Assembly (NCBI RefSeq): GCF_006345805.1
Contig: NC_043024.1
Coordinates: forward strand, 1,860,001 to 1,924,000
Direction of reading: 5' to 3'
Origin: Octopus sinensis
Taxonomy: Eukaryota
Length of the DNA stretch: 64,000 nucleotides
Part shown: in pieces, positions 25,128 to 63,845 of the stretch
How positions within the stretch are numbered: position 1 is the stretch's first letter
How the letters are laid out: every line of letters begins with the position of its first letter
Notes under the pieces: generated by a model
What the model was told of the DNA's origin: nothing
What the model saw: only the letters and a program-made list of their open reading frames with translations
The model's database searches: none
Program-made: the position numbers and the translations under genes

Positions 25128-28100
25128 ATATCATACCACACAACCATGCCTGAATAGGTGCAGGCATGGCTGTGTGAGAAGCCCAGTATATATTCTATAA
25201 GTCTTTTTTGCTGAACCACTAAGTCACGGGGGCCATAAACATACCAACACTGGGTTTCCTCTGTCAAATTCCCTCACAAGGTATTCGAAAGCCTGGCATT
25301 AAAGCAAAAGGCACAAAGCACAGTCTTGCCTGCGTCTATTTGTGAACATAAATGCCAACATCTAAGGCTCCGTACGAACATCAACATCACCTGACCATAA
25401 CAACCCCACATCCTCCTGGGTTTACACCTTCGTATTTGTGACATACAGTGAAAAGATTTTAGAAACAAGAACCTCACCTCTCAGGGTACAGGTGGCACAG
25501 AACCCAAATCAACTTGATAGCTGCCATCCGAACATCTTCATAGTCGTCCTTCAGCGAACGACAACAGTGGTCGTACATGGCCAAGTCCACCTGAATGCCA
25601 CGTTGATGAAGGTTCAGCTGAAAATAAGAAAGTGAAAACTGTGTGTAATGTATCACAAAACAGTTGATTCTACAGAGAGAGAGAGAGAGAAAAGAAATAG
25701 GGGAGAAAAATTGGACAGGGAGAGAAAGAGGGTGGGAGAAAGAGAGAGGTATAGAGCAAGGGAGAGAGTGATTTGAATACCAAATAAAGAGTCACCCACC
25801 ACAGCATTGAATGCACTCCTGCGCACCCTCGAGTCGATGTCATACATATGGTCGGCCAAAATTTTCTGCAGGGGTTGGTGGCTCCGACTGTGTTGGCAGT
25901 CTGTGGTACCAAGTTTACCGAGGAAATCCAGGCAGCTGCTTCTCACCAAATGACTGGAATCGGACAGAAGCTGTAGAGACAAAAACAACGGAGAAACCAT
26001 GTAATTTCAGTTTGCTTCCCGACCAACTGGTTTCCAGTTCAATCCCATTGCATGGTACCTCGGGGAAACCATTTTCTGCTATTGCCCTGGGGCCAACCAA
26101 AGCCTTGTAAGTGGATTTTGTAGATGGAAACTGTAGGGGCCAACTTTGCCTTTCATCCATTTGGGGTGGATAAAATAAGTACCAGTCACGTACTGGGGTC
26201 AATGTAATCAACTTATCCACCTTCCCTGAAATTGCTGGCCTTGTCCCCAAATCATAAAGGTTATATATTACAGCGTGTCCCAAAAGTCACTGACGGCTTT
26301 CAATTTTTAATAACTTCCTTAACTTTTCAAATAAATGCGTGAAATTTTGATACAATATAAAAGACATAATGGAAATTAATATACGAAAAGTGGAGAGATT
26401 GGGCTGATGCTAAAGTCATCATCATCATCATCATCATCGTTTAACGTCCGCTTTCCATGCTAGCATGGGTTGGACGGTTCAACTGGGGTCTGGGAAGCTA
26501 GAAGGCTGCACCAGGCCAGTCAGATCTGGCAGTGTTTCTACAGCTGGATGCCCTTCCTAACGCCAACCACTCCGAGAGTGTAGTGGGTGATTTTATGTGC
26601 CACCGACACAGGTGCCAGACGAGGCTGGCAGACAGCCACGCTCGGATGGTGTTTTTTATGTGCCACCGACACAGGTGCCAGACGAGGCTGGCAGACGGCC
26701 ACGCTCGGATGGTGTTTTTTATGTGCCACCGACACAGGTGCCAGACGAGGCTGGCAGACGGCCACGCTCGATGGTGTTTTTTATGTGCCACCGACACAGG
26801 TGCCAGACGAGGCTGGCGAACGGCCACGCTCGGATGGTGTTTTTTATGTGCCACTGACACAGGTGCCAGACGAGGCTGGCAGACGGCCACGCTCGGATGG
26901 TGTTTTTTATGTGCCACCGACACAGGTGCCAGACGAGGCTGGCGAACGGCCACGATCGGATGGTGTTTGTTACGTGCCCACAGCACGGAGGCCAGTCGAT
27001 GCAGTACTGGCTACGGCCACGTTCGGATGGTTTCCTTGTGTGCCACCGGCACTGGTACCACAAAGATACAAATTCCATTGATGTTCATCTATTTTGATTT
27101 GGTTTGAAAGTGTGCTGTGATTATGGTCTCCATATTGGCGTTAAATGGTGGGATCCTCAAGTGGCCAAAGAAATGGATCTCTTGGTGAAAGTCAGAGGTG
27201 AAGATCTTAACAATTTCTGTTACTTTGTGCAAACTATTCTTTCATTCCTTCATACTTTCCTCAAAAGAATATTTCCAAAAGATATTTTAAAATTTAACCA
27301 TTTTGTTACCATATTTCTGTTGAAATGCATTGTCTTTCTTTCAATTAATTTTGAAAACTAACAACATAGAATTTTCTTATATCTTTATCATTACTTAACT
27401 GTGTTTACAGAATGCAACACCACCACATCACATATGAAAAATGGCATCACTTAAATGGCAACCATTTCCGTCCTCGCACGCCCGTGTTCTTTCCAATACT
27501 TGCACCATAACACCCTCAAGAGTTTCAGACCCCACTTCTCTGATTTCTCTATTGATGTTCTCCTTCGGTTGCAACAGGGTCTCCAGTTTGTTGATATAAA
27601 CCCTCTCTTTCAGGTATCCCCACAAGAAAAAATCTGGGCTAGTCATGGGGAACATGAAGGCCACTTGACATTGCCATGGTAACAGATTATTCTCTGTCTC
27701 CAAAGCACTGCCATAGCAACTGCATTGTTTCTCTTGCGGTTTGAGCAGTTGATCCATCTTGCTGGAACTCTGTGTGGGGTCTACTTTAAATGGCCAATAC
27801 ATCTCTAATTATGGAGGGAACATGTGGAAGGGAAAGACCCAGGAAGATGTAGGATGAAGTGGTGAGAAAGGATCTTCAGATGTTGGGCCTGAACAGCCCT
27901 TCAGCTGATCAGCTCCATGTCAAAACAAACCATCCAACCCATGGTAGCATGAAAAACAGACATTAAATGATGATGATGATGATGGTGGTAAACTGGAGAT
28001 GTGCTTCTGTGTTGCATAGCAACAGAGGCATCAACATGTAGGATTCCACAGTCAAATGAGAAATGTAAGAATTACCTTAAAGACACTGGACAGTAATTTC

Positions 28101-28239
28101 TCTTGTACTTCAGTGTTGTGGTACTGGCTTTTACCAACAACAGTCAGTGTGTCGACTAACTGACTGACCACACGATGGGATTCTACAGGGAAAACAGAAA
28201 TTAATGCTTAAAACATATTACACACACACACACATACAA

Positions 28240-28275
<36 letters not shown>

Positions 28276-28440
28276 TTCAGGGAATATTATTCCAAACTTA
28301 CAGGGAAAAATTCAATTTAGAAATACTAAATCAATGTTTTATTTAATTTAATCATATTTAATCTTTCTATAATATGTAATTTTCTACATGGTGTAATTTA
28401 ATTTTTCATTATTGAATTGATAAAAGGTTTTTTTTTTCTA

Positions 28441-28506
<66 letters not shown>

Positions 28507-28540
28507 CACACACACATATATATATATAATATATATATAT

Positions 28541-28586
<46 letters not shown>

Positions 28587-30045
28587 ACACACACACATAT
28601 ATATATACAATTATGTACGCATGTATAAATGTGTGGCACCCAGGACAACTGTCTTCTATTATAGCCCAAGGTTCCAAACAGTGGGACTGAACCTGGAACC
28701 ATGTGGTTGGGAAGTTCTGATTTAAAACTTTGATCAGTAAATACTCCAGCCTTTTACCTGCACAATATTTGCACTTTGTAACACGAAAACCACCAGAGAA
28801 GGGGATAAGAATTTAAGAACTGAATCAATGTGTATGTTTAAGCAAAAGAAACTCACTTTCAGTTTTAAGGAGAGACAGTATTTCATCAGTGTAAAGGTCA
28901 TACTTGAAACTGGGGATGTAAGCCAATTCTTTGATAACCATTGCAATCTTGCATCGCACCATCGCTTCCTTCTCTCGCGGGAAATGGTCGAAGAGTTCCC
29001 GCAGCACACCAGATAAACTGTCCTCATCAATTGGGAGAGATTCTTCGAATTTCAGTAAGATGTGTAGAACCTCCTGAGAGTTAGTAGCAGACTGTAAGTT
29101 GAGCTGGACAGCAGAGCTGACGACTTTCTTAATTAGACGAATCTGTTTCAGAGGCTGTGCTCTTTCCTGAAAACATAACCAAGAAAAAAATATGGTTTAC
29201 ATTTATACAAACATATATATCTCTTGTTATGTGTGTGTGTGTGTGTGTATAAGGCGGCGAGCTGGCAGAATCTTTGGCACGCTGGACAAAATGCTGAGTT
29301 CAAATTTTGCCATGGTCAGCTTTACATTTTGGGGTCAATAAAATAAGTACCAGTTAAACACTGGGCTCGATGTAATCAACTCATCCCCTCCCACCAAAAT
29401 TGCTACGAAACTGGTACTTTATTTATCGACCCCGAAAGGATGAAAGGCAAAGTCGACCTCGGCGGAATTTGAACTCAGAACGTAACGACAGACGAAATAC
29501 CACTAAGCATTTCGCCTGGTGTGCTAAAGATTCTGCCAGCTCGCCGCCGATACACACACACACATATACATATATAAATCATTTAATAAAGTCTTTATAT
29601 CATGGTGTGACATTGCATATATAATATACACTTGTAATACAACCGATCTAAGCCGATGCATGTTCATATAATGATCGAGTAATTATTTAATTATGAGATG
29701 CATTTCACTGTATCTAAGACTACATCATCCAAACAGTCCTACACGTTTTATCACGGTGGTAGAGTGTGATTTCAGGGAGATTTAGCTGCTATTTCTAACA
29801 TGAGGCGCAACTACGTCGTGGCTCTTTCGCCGCCCGGAATCGATGTGTCATCCCGTGTGTCTGAGAAGATCTTATAACCCCCTTAAAGGACACAAACCTG
29901 GCCAATTTTCAGCGATACTGTATATGAAAAGGACGTATGCTATGCGAACCCATAAGAAACATTGAAGGTTAAGGTGGACGAGAGGAAATACCTGAACAAC
30001 TTCGCTGTATTCGGCCAAGGCCCGTTTCTTGATCAGGGCTGCCAT
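6623..30045 (-). CDS. INTS4: Integrator complex subunit 4, complete spliced gene (19 coding exons, 939 aa)
   Basis: complement(join 29992-30045,28857-29166,28076-28182,25800-25970,25478-25617,24590-24710,24114-24185,22026-22200,20972-21177,19526-19668,18310-18425,17204-17337,14547-14698,13703-13796,11931-12002,9995-10182,9068-9365,8170-8290,6623-6768) = 2820 nt, open ATG to TAG, all introns GT-AG with matching phases. Recognisable INTS4 peptides: [91 protein letters not shown]. Confidence 0.95.
6916..7305 (+). mobile_element. SINE family A
   Basis: Full-length copy in INTS4 intron 18. Confidence 0.85.
7315..7707 (+). mobile_element. Retroposon family C ((GAT)n-tailed)
   Basis: ggcgttaggaagggcatccagctgtagaaac...ggacgttaaac-(gat)n; many copies in window. 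Confidence 0.8.
8170..8290 (-). CDS. INTS4: INTS4 exon 18
   Basis: [40 protein letters not shown]|gtaaga, 121 nt. Confidence 0.92.
9068..9365 (-). CDS. INTS4: INTS4 exon 17
   Basis: [12 protein letters not shown]...[19 protein letters not shown]...IRAL|gtaaga, 298 nt. Confidence 0.92.
9436..9845. repeat. ~26-bp minisatellite (aggcacctgtgccagtgacacatgaa)
   Basis: About 15 degenerate units; unit resembles the internal repeat of family C. Confidence 0.85.
9995..10182 (-). CDS. INTS4: INTS4 exon 16
   Basis: [15 protein letters not shown]...TRLKASAV...HVQ|gtaagt, 188 nt. Confidence 0.88.
10512..10906 (-). mobile_element. SINE family A
   Basis: Full-length reverse copy in INTS4 intron 15. Confidence 0.85.
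11495..11877 (-). mobile_element. tRNA-derived SINE (family D, tail type 2)
   Basis: Family D head followed by ...gagcctggatgcgcattcatccatcc...accgcttcgctcaacag. Confidence 0.8.
11931..12002 (-). CDS. INTS4: INTS4 exon 15 (poorly conserved)
   Basis: ttgcag|[24 protein letters not shown]|gtaggt, 72 nt, phase 0/0. Placed by position and splice signals more than by peptide recognition. Confidence 0.72.
12163..12590 (-). mobile_element. CR1/L2-like LINE 3' end
   Basis: Degenerate [35 protein letters not shown]; second copy near 37535-37790. Confidence 0.8.
12778..13170 (+). mobile_element. SINE family A
   Basis: Full-length copy in INTS4 intron 14. Confidence 0.85.
13703..13796 (-). CDS. INTS4: INTS4 exon 14
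   Basis: [31 protein letters not shown]|gtaggt, 94 nt. Confidence 0.88.
14547..14698 (-). CDS. INTS4: INTS4 exon 13
   Basis: ctttgcag|HPSSQFVV...FFNQTSARL...LLKMTL|gtaagt, 152 nt. Confidence 0.85.
15239..15332 (-). pseudogene. Degenerate partial copy of INTS4 exon 12 inside intron 12
   Basis: 94 nt matching 17243-17336 with 6 substitutions; native acceptor and donor absent. Confidence 0.9.
15333..16515 (+). mobile_element. Two CR1-like LINE 3' tails, the first containing a six-unit 121-bp array
   Basis: [31 protein letters not shown] motif and (ATT)n tail; monomeric copy at ~31400-31780 on minus. Confidence 0.85.
15361..16086. repeat. 121-bp tandem repeat, six units
   Basis: Units start at 15361, 15482, 15603, 15724, 15845 and 15965. 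Confidence 0.95.
16893..17126 (-). mobile_element. SINE family B (ggcggcgagctggcagaa...gtcgactttgcctttcatcctttcggggtcgat) nested in a TTAA-type MITE
   Basis: Flanked by a near-duplicate gataaataa(g/c)gattacct. Confidence 0.8.
17204..17337 (-). CDS. INTS4: INTS4 exon 12
   Basis: aag|(Y)[44 protein letters not shown]|gtgagt, 134 nt. Confidence 0.92.
17338..18309 (-). other. U12-type (minor spliceosome) GT-AG intron, INTS4 intron 11
   Basis: Donor /GTATCCTTC. Branch site TTCCTTAAT at 17352-17360, about 15 nt from an AAG/ acceptor that lacks a pyrimidine tract. Confidence 0.88.
17992..18210. mobile_element. piggyBac-like MITE
   Basis: TTAA|ccctttagtgtt ... aacactaaaggg|TTAA; related copies near 16702-17176, 4690-4835 and 53140-53290. 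Confidence 0.8.
18310..18425 (-). CDS. INTS4: INTS4 exon 11
   Basis: [12 protein letters not shown]...[15 protein letters not shown]|gtatcctt (U12-type donor), 116 nt. Confidence 0.92.
18670..18881 (-). mobile_element. Short tRNA-derived SINE with (AAC/AAT)n tract
   Basis: Head ...gtgtagtggttaagagttgcgggctgctaacccc...ggttcgattcc; not a complete tRNA cloverleaf. Confidence 0.6.
19035..19442 (+). mobile_element. SINE family A
   Basis: Near full-length copy. Confidence 0.85.
19526..19668 (-). CDS. INTS4: INTS4 exon 10
   Basis: [14 protein letters not shown]...[16 protein letters not shown]|gtaagt, 143 nt. Confidence 0.93.
19685..20010. repeat. (GA)n-rich tract with repeated gaaatataaattgagag
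   Basis: Forms a long CT tract upstream of the INTS4 exon 10 acceptor. Confidence 0.85.
20533..20958 (-). mobile_element. SINE family B dimer with 12-bp TSD
   Basis: TSD taattccactta at 20521-20532 and 20959-20970. Confidence 0.85.
20972..21177 (-). CDS. INTS4: INTS4 exon 9
   Basis: [10 protein letters not shown]...[12 protein letters not shown]...[14 protein letters not shown]|gtaagt, 206 nt. Confidence 0.95.
21560..22012. repeat. (GAT)n/(GGT)n compound trinucleotide tract
   Basis: Directly visible; begins just downstream of the INTS4 exon 8 donor. Confidence 0.9.
22026..22200 (-). CDS. INTS4: INTS4 exon 8
   Basis: [21 protein letters not shown]...[15 protein letters not shown]|gtaagt, 175 nt. 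Confidence 0.95.
23278..23700 (+). mobile_element. SINE family A (preceded by a partial head at ~23097)
   Basis: Full-length copy. Confidence 0.85.
24114..24185 (-). CDS. INTS4: INTS4 exon 7
   Basis: [24 protein letters not shown]|gtgagt, 72 nt. Confidence 0.93.
24328..24557 (-). mobile_element. SINE family B
   Basis: Full-length reverse copy. Confidence 0.8.
24590..24710 (-). CDS. INTS4: INTS4 exon 6
   Basis: [22 protein letters not shown]...AASLL|gtaagc, 121 nt. Confidence 0.93.
25478..25617 (-). CDS. INTS4: INTS4 exon 5
   Basis: LNLHQRG...[25 protein letters not shown]|gtgagg, 140 nt. Confidence 0.92.
25800..25970 (-). CDS. INTS4: INTS4 exon 4
   Basis: [21 protein letters not shown]...SAFNAV|gtgggt, 171 nt. 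Confidence 0.88.
26420..27105 (-). mobile_element. Retroposon family C with an internal six-unit 63-bp array
   Basis: Units at 26597, 26660, 26723, 26785, 26848 and 26911. Confidence 0.85.
27428..27645 (-). mobile_element. Tc1/mariner-superfamily transposase C-terminal remnant
   Basis: [15 protein letters not shown]...[15 protein letters not shown]...GCHLSDAIF; a TA|cagcgtgtcccaaaagtc terminus-like sequence lies near 26277. Confidence 0.7.
28076..28182 (-). CDS. INTS4: INTS4 exon 3
   Basis: (K)[16 protein letters not shown]...SSVFK|gtaatt, 107 nt. Confidence 0.9.
28400..28625. repeat. (TA)n/(CA)n microsatellite
   Basis: Directly visible. Confidence 0.9.
28857..29166 (-). CDS. INTS4: INTS4 exon 2
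   Basis: ttttcag|[14 protein letters not shown]...LLKTE|gtgagt, 310 nt. Confidence 0.9.
29992..30045 (-). CDS. INTS4: INTS4 exon 1
   Basis: [18 protein letters not shown], donor gtattt. Confidence 0.92.
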
Positions 30046-30341
30046 GTTTACATCAGTTGACGTTTCACAGCAGAAGTTTCGTAAAATAAAAAAGACAAGA
30101 CAAAAAACAATTCGATATATAAATGTAGTTTCTTACTTAAATATATTTTATCTAAATATTGGATCTTTTCGCTTTGACCGGCAGATTTTTAAAATACTTT
30201 CTTTGTAACTGAACACTTTTAAACTTCGTATACTGGTAGAATGTGTTACATGATATATAATTACATATAGAAAATGTATAATTAATATATAATGTATAAT
30301 TAATATATAATTACATATATAAAATATATAATTAATATTTG

Positions 30342-30754
30342 GGCGATCTTTCGTCTCTAGTAGACCTTTCCGTCGATTTCCGTAAAAAAAATTTTTTTTT
30401 TTTACATATGGGCTTGCGGGAACTTTTGAAGTAATATACATACATATACACATACACAGAGTACAAAATTTCAGTTATCTCTTTCTTTCACACATTACTC
30501 TCTCTGTCTCTTCACACACACTAACAGAAGCACTTCACTTACACAACATACTGTCTGTCTCCCACACCCCATCAAACACACACACACATGTACCCATGCA
30601 CGGTAACTTCAAAAGAACTTCCCTCGTCATACAATCGCTTTCTCTTAGTCTCTTTCGCTCTCATTACTTCAAAAGTTCCCGCAAGCCCATATGTAAAAAA
30701 AAAAATTTGTTTACGGAAATCGACGGAAAGGTCTACTAGAGACGAAAGATTGCC
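30342..30754. mobile_element. Foldback/MITE with ~93-bp inverted arms upstream of INTS4
   Basis: Arms 30342-30435 and 30663-30754 differ at only a few positions. Confidence 0.8.
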
Positions 30755-31399
30755 AATATGAAAGGATCAAATATCAATTATATATACCAATATATATATT
30801 TTTAGACGTAATCAAATTTATCGTTTATTTTCGTATTTCCTATTCATTCACCTCAAAAGTAAATAGATGTTCTAGTTTTTTGACAGATTTATTTCTAGAA
30901 ACACACTAACGTTATTTAGTGCAGTTAAATACTTAATATAGTATTTTGCAGGCATGCTTTGCGAAGTCTTTAATGATTTAATCAGTTTTGAGCATTGTAA
31001 ACCGATATGATGAGATGAGCTTCACTTAAAAAGTGGAGATAATCTTAAGATTATGTTTATTTTTTTACTGGATTTTGTATGAGTCTAAGTTCCTTGGCTA
31101 TTGAAAATAAAGTTGGATAATTCTTGTGCTGATGATGGCTTCTAAGCCAGAAATACGTCCTCAACTGTCCCCTTATTTATAGACAATAAGACTGTCCCTA
31201 TCCCTAATGCCATTTCCATTTTAAGAGTTCTTGGATCCTAAGATCATTTCCCCTTCTCAAGTTCAGAATCTTTAGCCAGCATCTTCTAATGTAGCCCTGA
31301 GCTGATCAAAGCCTTAAGTGAATTTTATTTAGGAAAACTATGTGGAAGCCTACCATAAACACACACATACACACATACACATGTATATATCATAATAAT

Positions 31400-31780
31400 A
31401 ATAATAATGAAATTATTGTATACAGTGCTCAGGTGCACCACAGCTTGTCAGAAAGTGTGTATAAAGCATATGCAGTAATGTACAAATGTCTGGGAAGTGA
31501 ACAGTGTATGCGTCAGATACATGCTTGTGTGTGTATGGAGGGGAGAAAGATCAGGTGTAGTGTTGGCGAATCTCAGGAAGCATGGAAGTTTTGAAGGATG
31601 CAGTGCTCCGACAACTAACAACTGACGCCGGCAGTTTGTTCCATGCTTCAGCAACTCTCAGCGTGAAAAAATGTTTCCGAAAGTCATGGAAGGAGCTGTG
31701 CTGTTTTCTGACTTTGTAAATATGTCCATGGGTGTGAGACAGGTAGAGTTTGAAAAGGTGCTCAGAGTTATTGTTTGTAT
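31400..31780 (-). mobile_element. CR1-like LINE 3' tail (monomer of the 15.3-16.5 kb element)
   Basis: Same [14 protein letters not shown] motif and (ATT)n tail. Confidence 0.85.
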
Positions 31781-32007
31781 CGTCGGTAAATGGTAAATCC
31801 AGAAGAGAAGCACAGTCTAAGTTATTAAGTAGCAGAATAATTAGATAAAGATAGTTATGGTAAGTCTATGAGGTTACCTTGAGTTTCACGTCCAGAAAGC
31901 CACATGGCTAGTTGTTCAAAACCTTTCTTCTTCCCAGAAATCTTTATTGAACATTGTATACTCAAGTTGGAATAAAACCTTGAACGTGAAGTCATTCACG
32001 AGTGTTA

Positions 32008-32201
32008 CCCTTTACTCTTTTACTTATTTCAGTCATTTGACTGCGGCCATGCTAGAGCACCACCTTTAGTTGAGCAAATCGACCCCGGGACTTATTCTTT
32101 GTAAGCCCAGTACTTATTCTATCGGTCTCTTTTGCCGAACCGCTATGTGACGGGGACGTAAACACACCAGCATCGGTTGTCAAGCAATGCTAGGGAGACA
32201 A

Positions 32202-32232
<31 letters not shown>

Positions 32233-32398
32233 CATATATACGACGGGCTTCTTTCAGTTTCCGTCTACCAAATCCACTCACAAGGCATTGGTCGGCCCGG
32301 GGCTATAGCAGAAGACACTTGCCCAAGATGCCACACAGTGGGACTGAACCCGGAACCATGTGGTTGGTTAGCAAGCTACTTACCACACAGCCACTCCT
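32008..32398 (-). mobile_element. SINE family A
   Basis: Full-length reverse copy between EFTUD2 and INTS4. Confidence 0.85.
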
Positions 32399-34559
32399 GT
32401 GTTGTTGCCTTTTATTGCACAGAGGTATTTCATGGTTACTGGATTAATGATTCAGTCCAATCATTAGAGTATTGACGTTTTTATTAGCAACTTCCCTTGC
32501 TAAAGAACTATATGCTATATATATATGTGTGTGTGTGTTTCAGAGCTCGATGCAGAGAACTTCCTTGTGGTAAGGCGTGAGATGTAAGATCTTCTCTACC
32601 CTGATGATGGAGGCTTGTCTTATGTTAATTGCATCCATACAGCTGCATATTGTGATGAACTAAATCTACCAACATTATTATGGATCTGAGCCACCAGAAA
32701 CAGCTATTGGACTTGTAATACCTTTCATCCACCCCTTTAATTTTCTCCATCGTTTGTACTCTGTGCAAGTTGGACCTATATCATCATCGTTTAGCGTCCG
32801 CTTTCCATGCTGGCATGGGTTGGACGGTTCAACTGGGGTCTGGGAAGCCAGAAGGTTGCACCAGGCTCCAGTCTGATCTGGCAGTGTTTCTATAGCTGGA
32901 TGCCCTTCCTAACGCCAACCACTCCGTGAGTGTAGTGGGTGCTTTTTACGTGCCAGAGGGGGCTGGCAAACGGCCACGGTCGGATGGTGCTTTTTACGTG
33001 CCACCGGCACGTAGGCCCGTCGGGGCGGCGCTGGCAACAGTCACGTTCGGATGGTTTGCTTACGTGCCACCGGCACTGGTATCACAGCTGAATGAATTAA
33101 TGAACAAATGTATGTATGAGAGAGAGACAAACAGACAGACAGACAAATAGACAGATATACAGAAGAATGGAAAAGACAAAAAAAATTTTTAAATTACAAA
33201 AATGCAAGAAAATAACAACTCAGATTGTATTTTTATGAAATGCATTTATTTTATGAAAGGATTCTGTAAATAACATGAATATTAAAAGTAATGTATCAGT
33301 GATGGCGTGAGAGAGAATGAGTAGAATATGTATAAGGTATATACATACATATATATATATAACTGTGTGTGTGTGTATATATATATACACAAAGTAAGTT
33401 AGGGGTTATGGGTGTAACCTACTAAGGGATAGTATTTATCCAATATACTGTTGGTAAAGTACCCAGATTCTTAAATACACAAATGTTTTTAACTGCAATG
33501 CAATTAAGTCATTTATTGTATTAATCTGGTGAAGGTAAAGAAATATTTTTACTGTAAATTTATAAAACAAATAAAAAAAATGGAGAAACAAATTTAGTTT
33601 GTTCATCAACTTTCTAATATTAGAATGTTGGATTTCCGAAAGTCAAGTCGATGAATAAACTAAATTCATTTCTCCATTTTCTTATTTGCATTATATATAT
33701 ATATATACACATGTATATACACACAGATATGTATATATATTGACATACAGAGGAGCATGGAAGGATGGAAGGTGAAGGTGACCCTGATAGGATTTGAACT
33801 CAGATCATAAAAAGAGTCCTAAACGAATACCACAGAGTAAGCATGTGACCAACTCTGCCAATCCACCAACCTCTTAATAATAATTAATAATAATAATAAT
33901 TAATAATAATAATAATAATAATGATAATAATAATAATAATAATGATAGTAGTAGTAGTCCTCACACTATCACAAAACCATAAATTAAGATGTTAAGTCAT
34001 TGCCTGATCCATGAAATTAAATTCTGAGGATCTGACTGATACACAGGAACCCACCCCCCATCCCGCCTGCCCCATCTTATCAACCACCAAGGAACACAAA
34101 AGACAATCTTTGGCAGGATTTTTAACCCAGAACTGAGAGAGAGAGAGAGAATAAAAAACTCCATAGAACACCTAGTCCAAAATTTTACCATTCTGCCACC
34201 CCACTCCCACCCCATGGAATGGTTTATGTACACATGTGAAGAACTGAACCTCTAACTCCAAATCTAAATCCAACCCCACCCCTAAAGAAAACCCCATACC
34301 ACCCCCAAACAAATACAAATTTCTTAAATCTTTGGAGGTTGTCACTCATTTTTTTCCTTAATCCCGGAACCTTCCAGTCGGGGACCAAAGATTTTTTTTT
34401 AAAAGCTGGAAGTGGTTGGGATAAGAGTGTTTGTGTAGATTTTTTTTTTACAGCTGCACTTCGCAGGTTCAATTCCATTCTCCAACAGAATTTCCCCTGG
34501 AAAATTTTTTTTTTTTTTTTTTGTATTTTCATCATTTTTTTTCTTTTTCCTTTTGTCTT

Positions 34560-62470
<27,911 letters not shown>

Positions 62471-62923
62471 CTGTAAAATATAAGTGACATTAATAAACAG
62501 TTCAGGTGAAATTCAGAATTAGGGGTAGCTAGTGAAGGTCATCATAGGTATGAGTTAAGCAACAGAAAATCTAATTTGAGCAAAAGCATAATTGTGGGGT
62601 TAAGAAGTATCCCTGCAAAACAACATGGTGATGTGGTGTCAAGGTGGACCTTCAAGGCTAAGGTGGACACATAAATTCAAATGTTTTAGGTCTTTTCTCT
62701 TTATATGGTAGTGACAAAAAGAGAGAGAGAGAAAGGCATAGTTGTCTGGCCACTACATTTAACAATTACGTTTATGTGCCCTCCCTCAGTTATAAGGGCC
62801 ATCTCAGGCCCTTCGTCTTCCAAGGTACAAGGCAAATGCCATGAAGCAAAGCACCCAATATACTTTAAAGATTATGGTGTTCAGAAGCTGAGCACCTTAA
62901 TCTTACAAAAGAACTATGCTAAC

Positions 62924-63266
62924 AGGAGTGGCTGTGTGGTAAGTAGCTTGCTAACCAACCACATGGTTCCGGGTTCAGTCCCACTGCATGGCATCTTGGG
63001 CAAGTGTCTTCTGCTATAGCCCCGGGCCGACCAAAGCCTTGTGAGTGGATTTGGTAGACGGAAACTGAAAGAAGCCCGTCGTATATATATATATGTATAT
63101 ATATGTAGGAGTGGCTGTGTGGTAAGTAGCTTGCTAACCAACCACATGGTTCCGGGTTCAGTCCCACTGCGTGGCATCTTGGGCAAGTGTCTTCTGCTAT
63201 AGCCCCGGGCCGACCAATGCCTTGTGAGTGGATTTGGTAGACGGAAACTGAAAGAAGCCTGTCGTA

Positions 63267-63320
<54 letters not shown>

Positions 63321-63590
63321 ATATATGCATGTATATATACATGTAGATGTAGGTACGTACATATATGTATGTATGTATGCATATATTTTATATGCATGGC
63401 TGTGTGGTTAGGGAGCTTGCTTCCCAACTACATGGTTTCGGGTTCAGTCCCACTGCATGGCACTCTGGGTATGTGTCTTCCACTATAGCCCCGAGCTGAC
63501 CGGAGCTTTGTGATTGGATTCGGTAGGTGGAAGTTACTGCCGTGTGTGTATATGTGCGTGTAGGTGCTTGTGCCTCTCCGAAAGAGAGAG

Positions 63591-63640
<50 letters not shown>

Positions 63641-63845
63641 CTGTGTTTGTCCCCCTAGCATTGCTTGACAACTGATGCTGGTGTGTTTACGTCCCCGTCA
63701 CTTAGCGGTTCGGCAAAAAGAGACCGATAGAATAAGTACTGGGCTTACAAAGAATAAGTCCCGGGGACGAGTTGCTCGATTAAAGGCGGTGCTCCAGCAT
63801 GGCTGCAGTCAAATGACTGAAACAAGTAAAAGAGTAAAGAGAGTA
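62924..63845 (+). mobile_element. SINE family A cluster: tandem 5' halves followed by a copy with tail
   Basis: Heads at 62924, 63107 and about 63397. Confidence 0.85.

Noticed and set aside
26498-27107. Cys/His/Trp-rich repetitive ORFs
   Set aside because: Produced by the 63-bp in-frame array inside a retroposon
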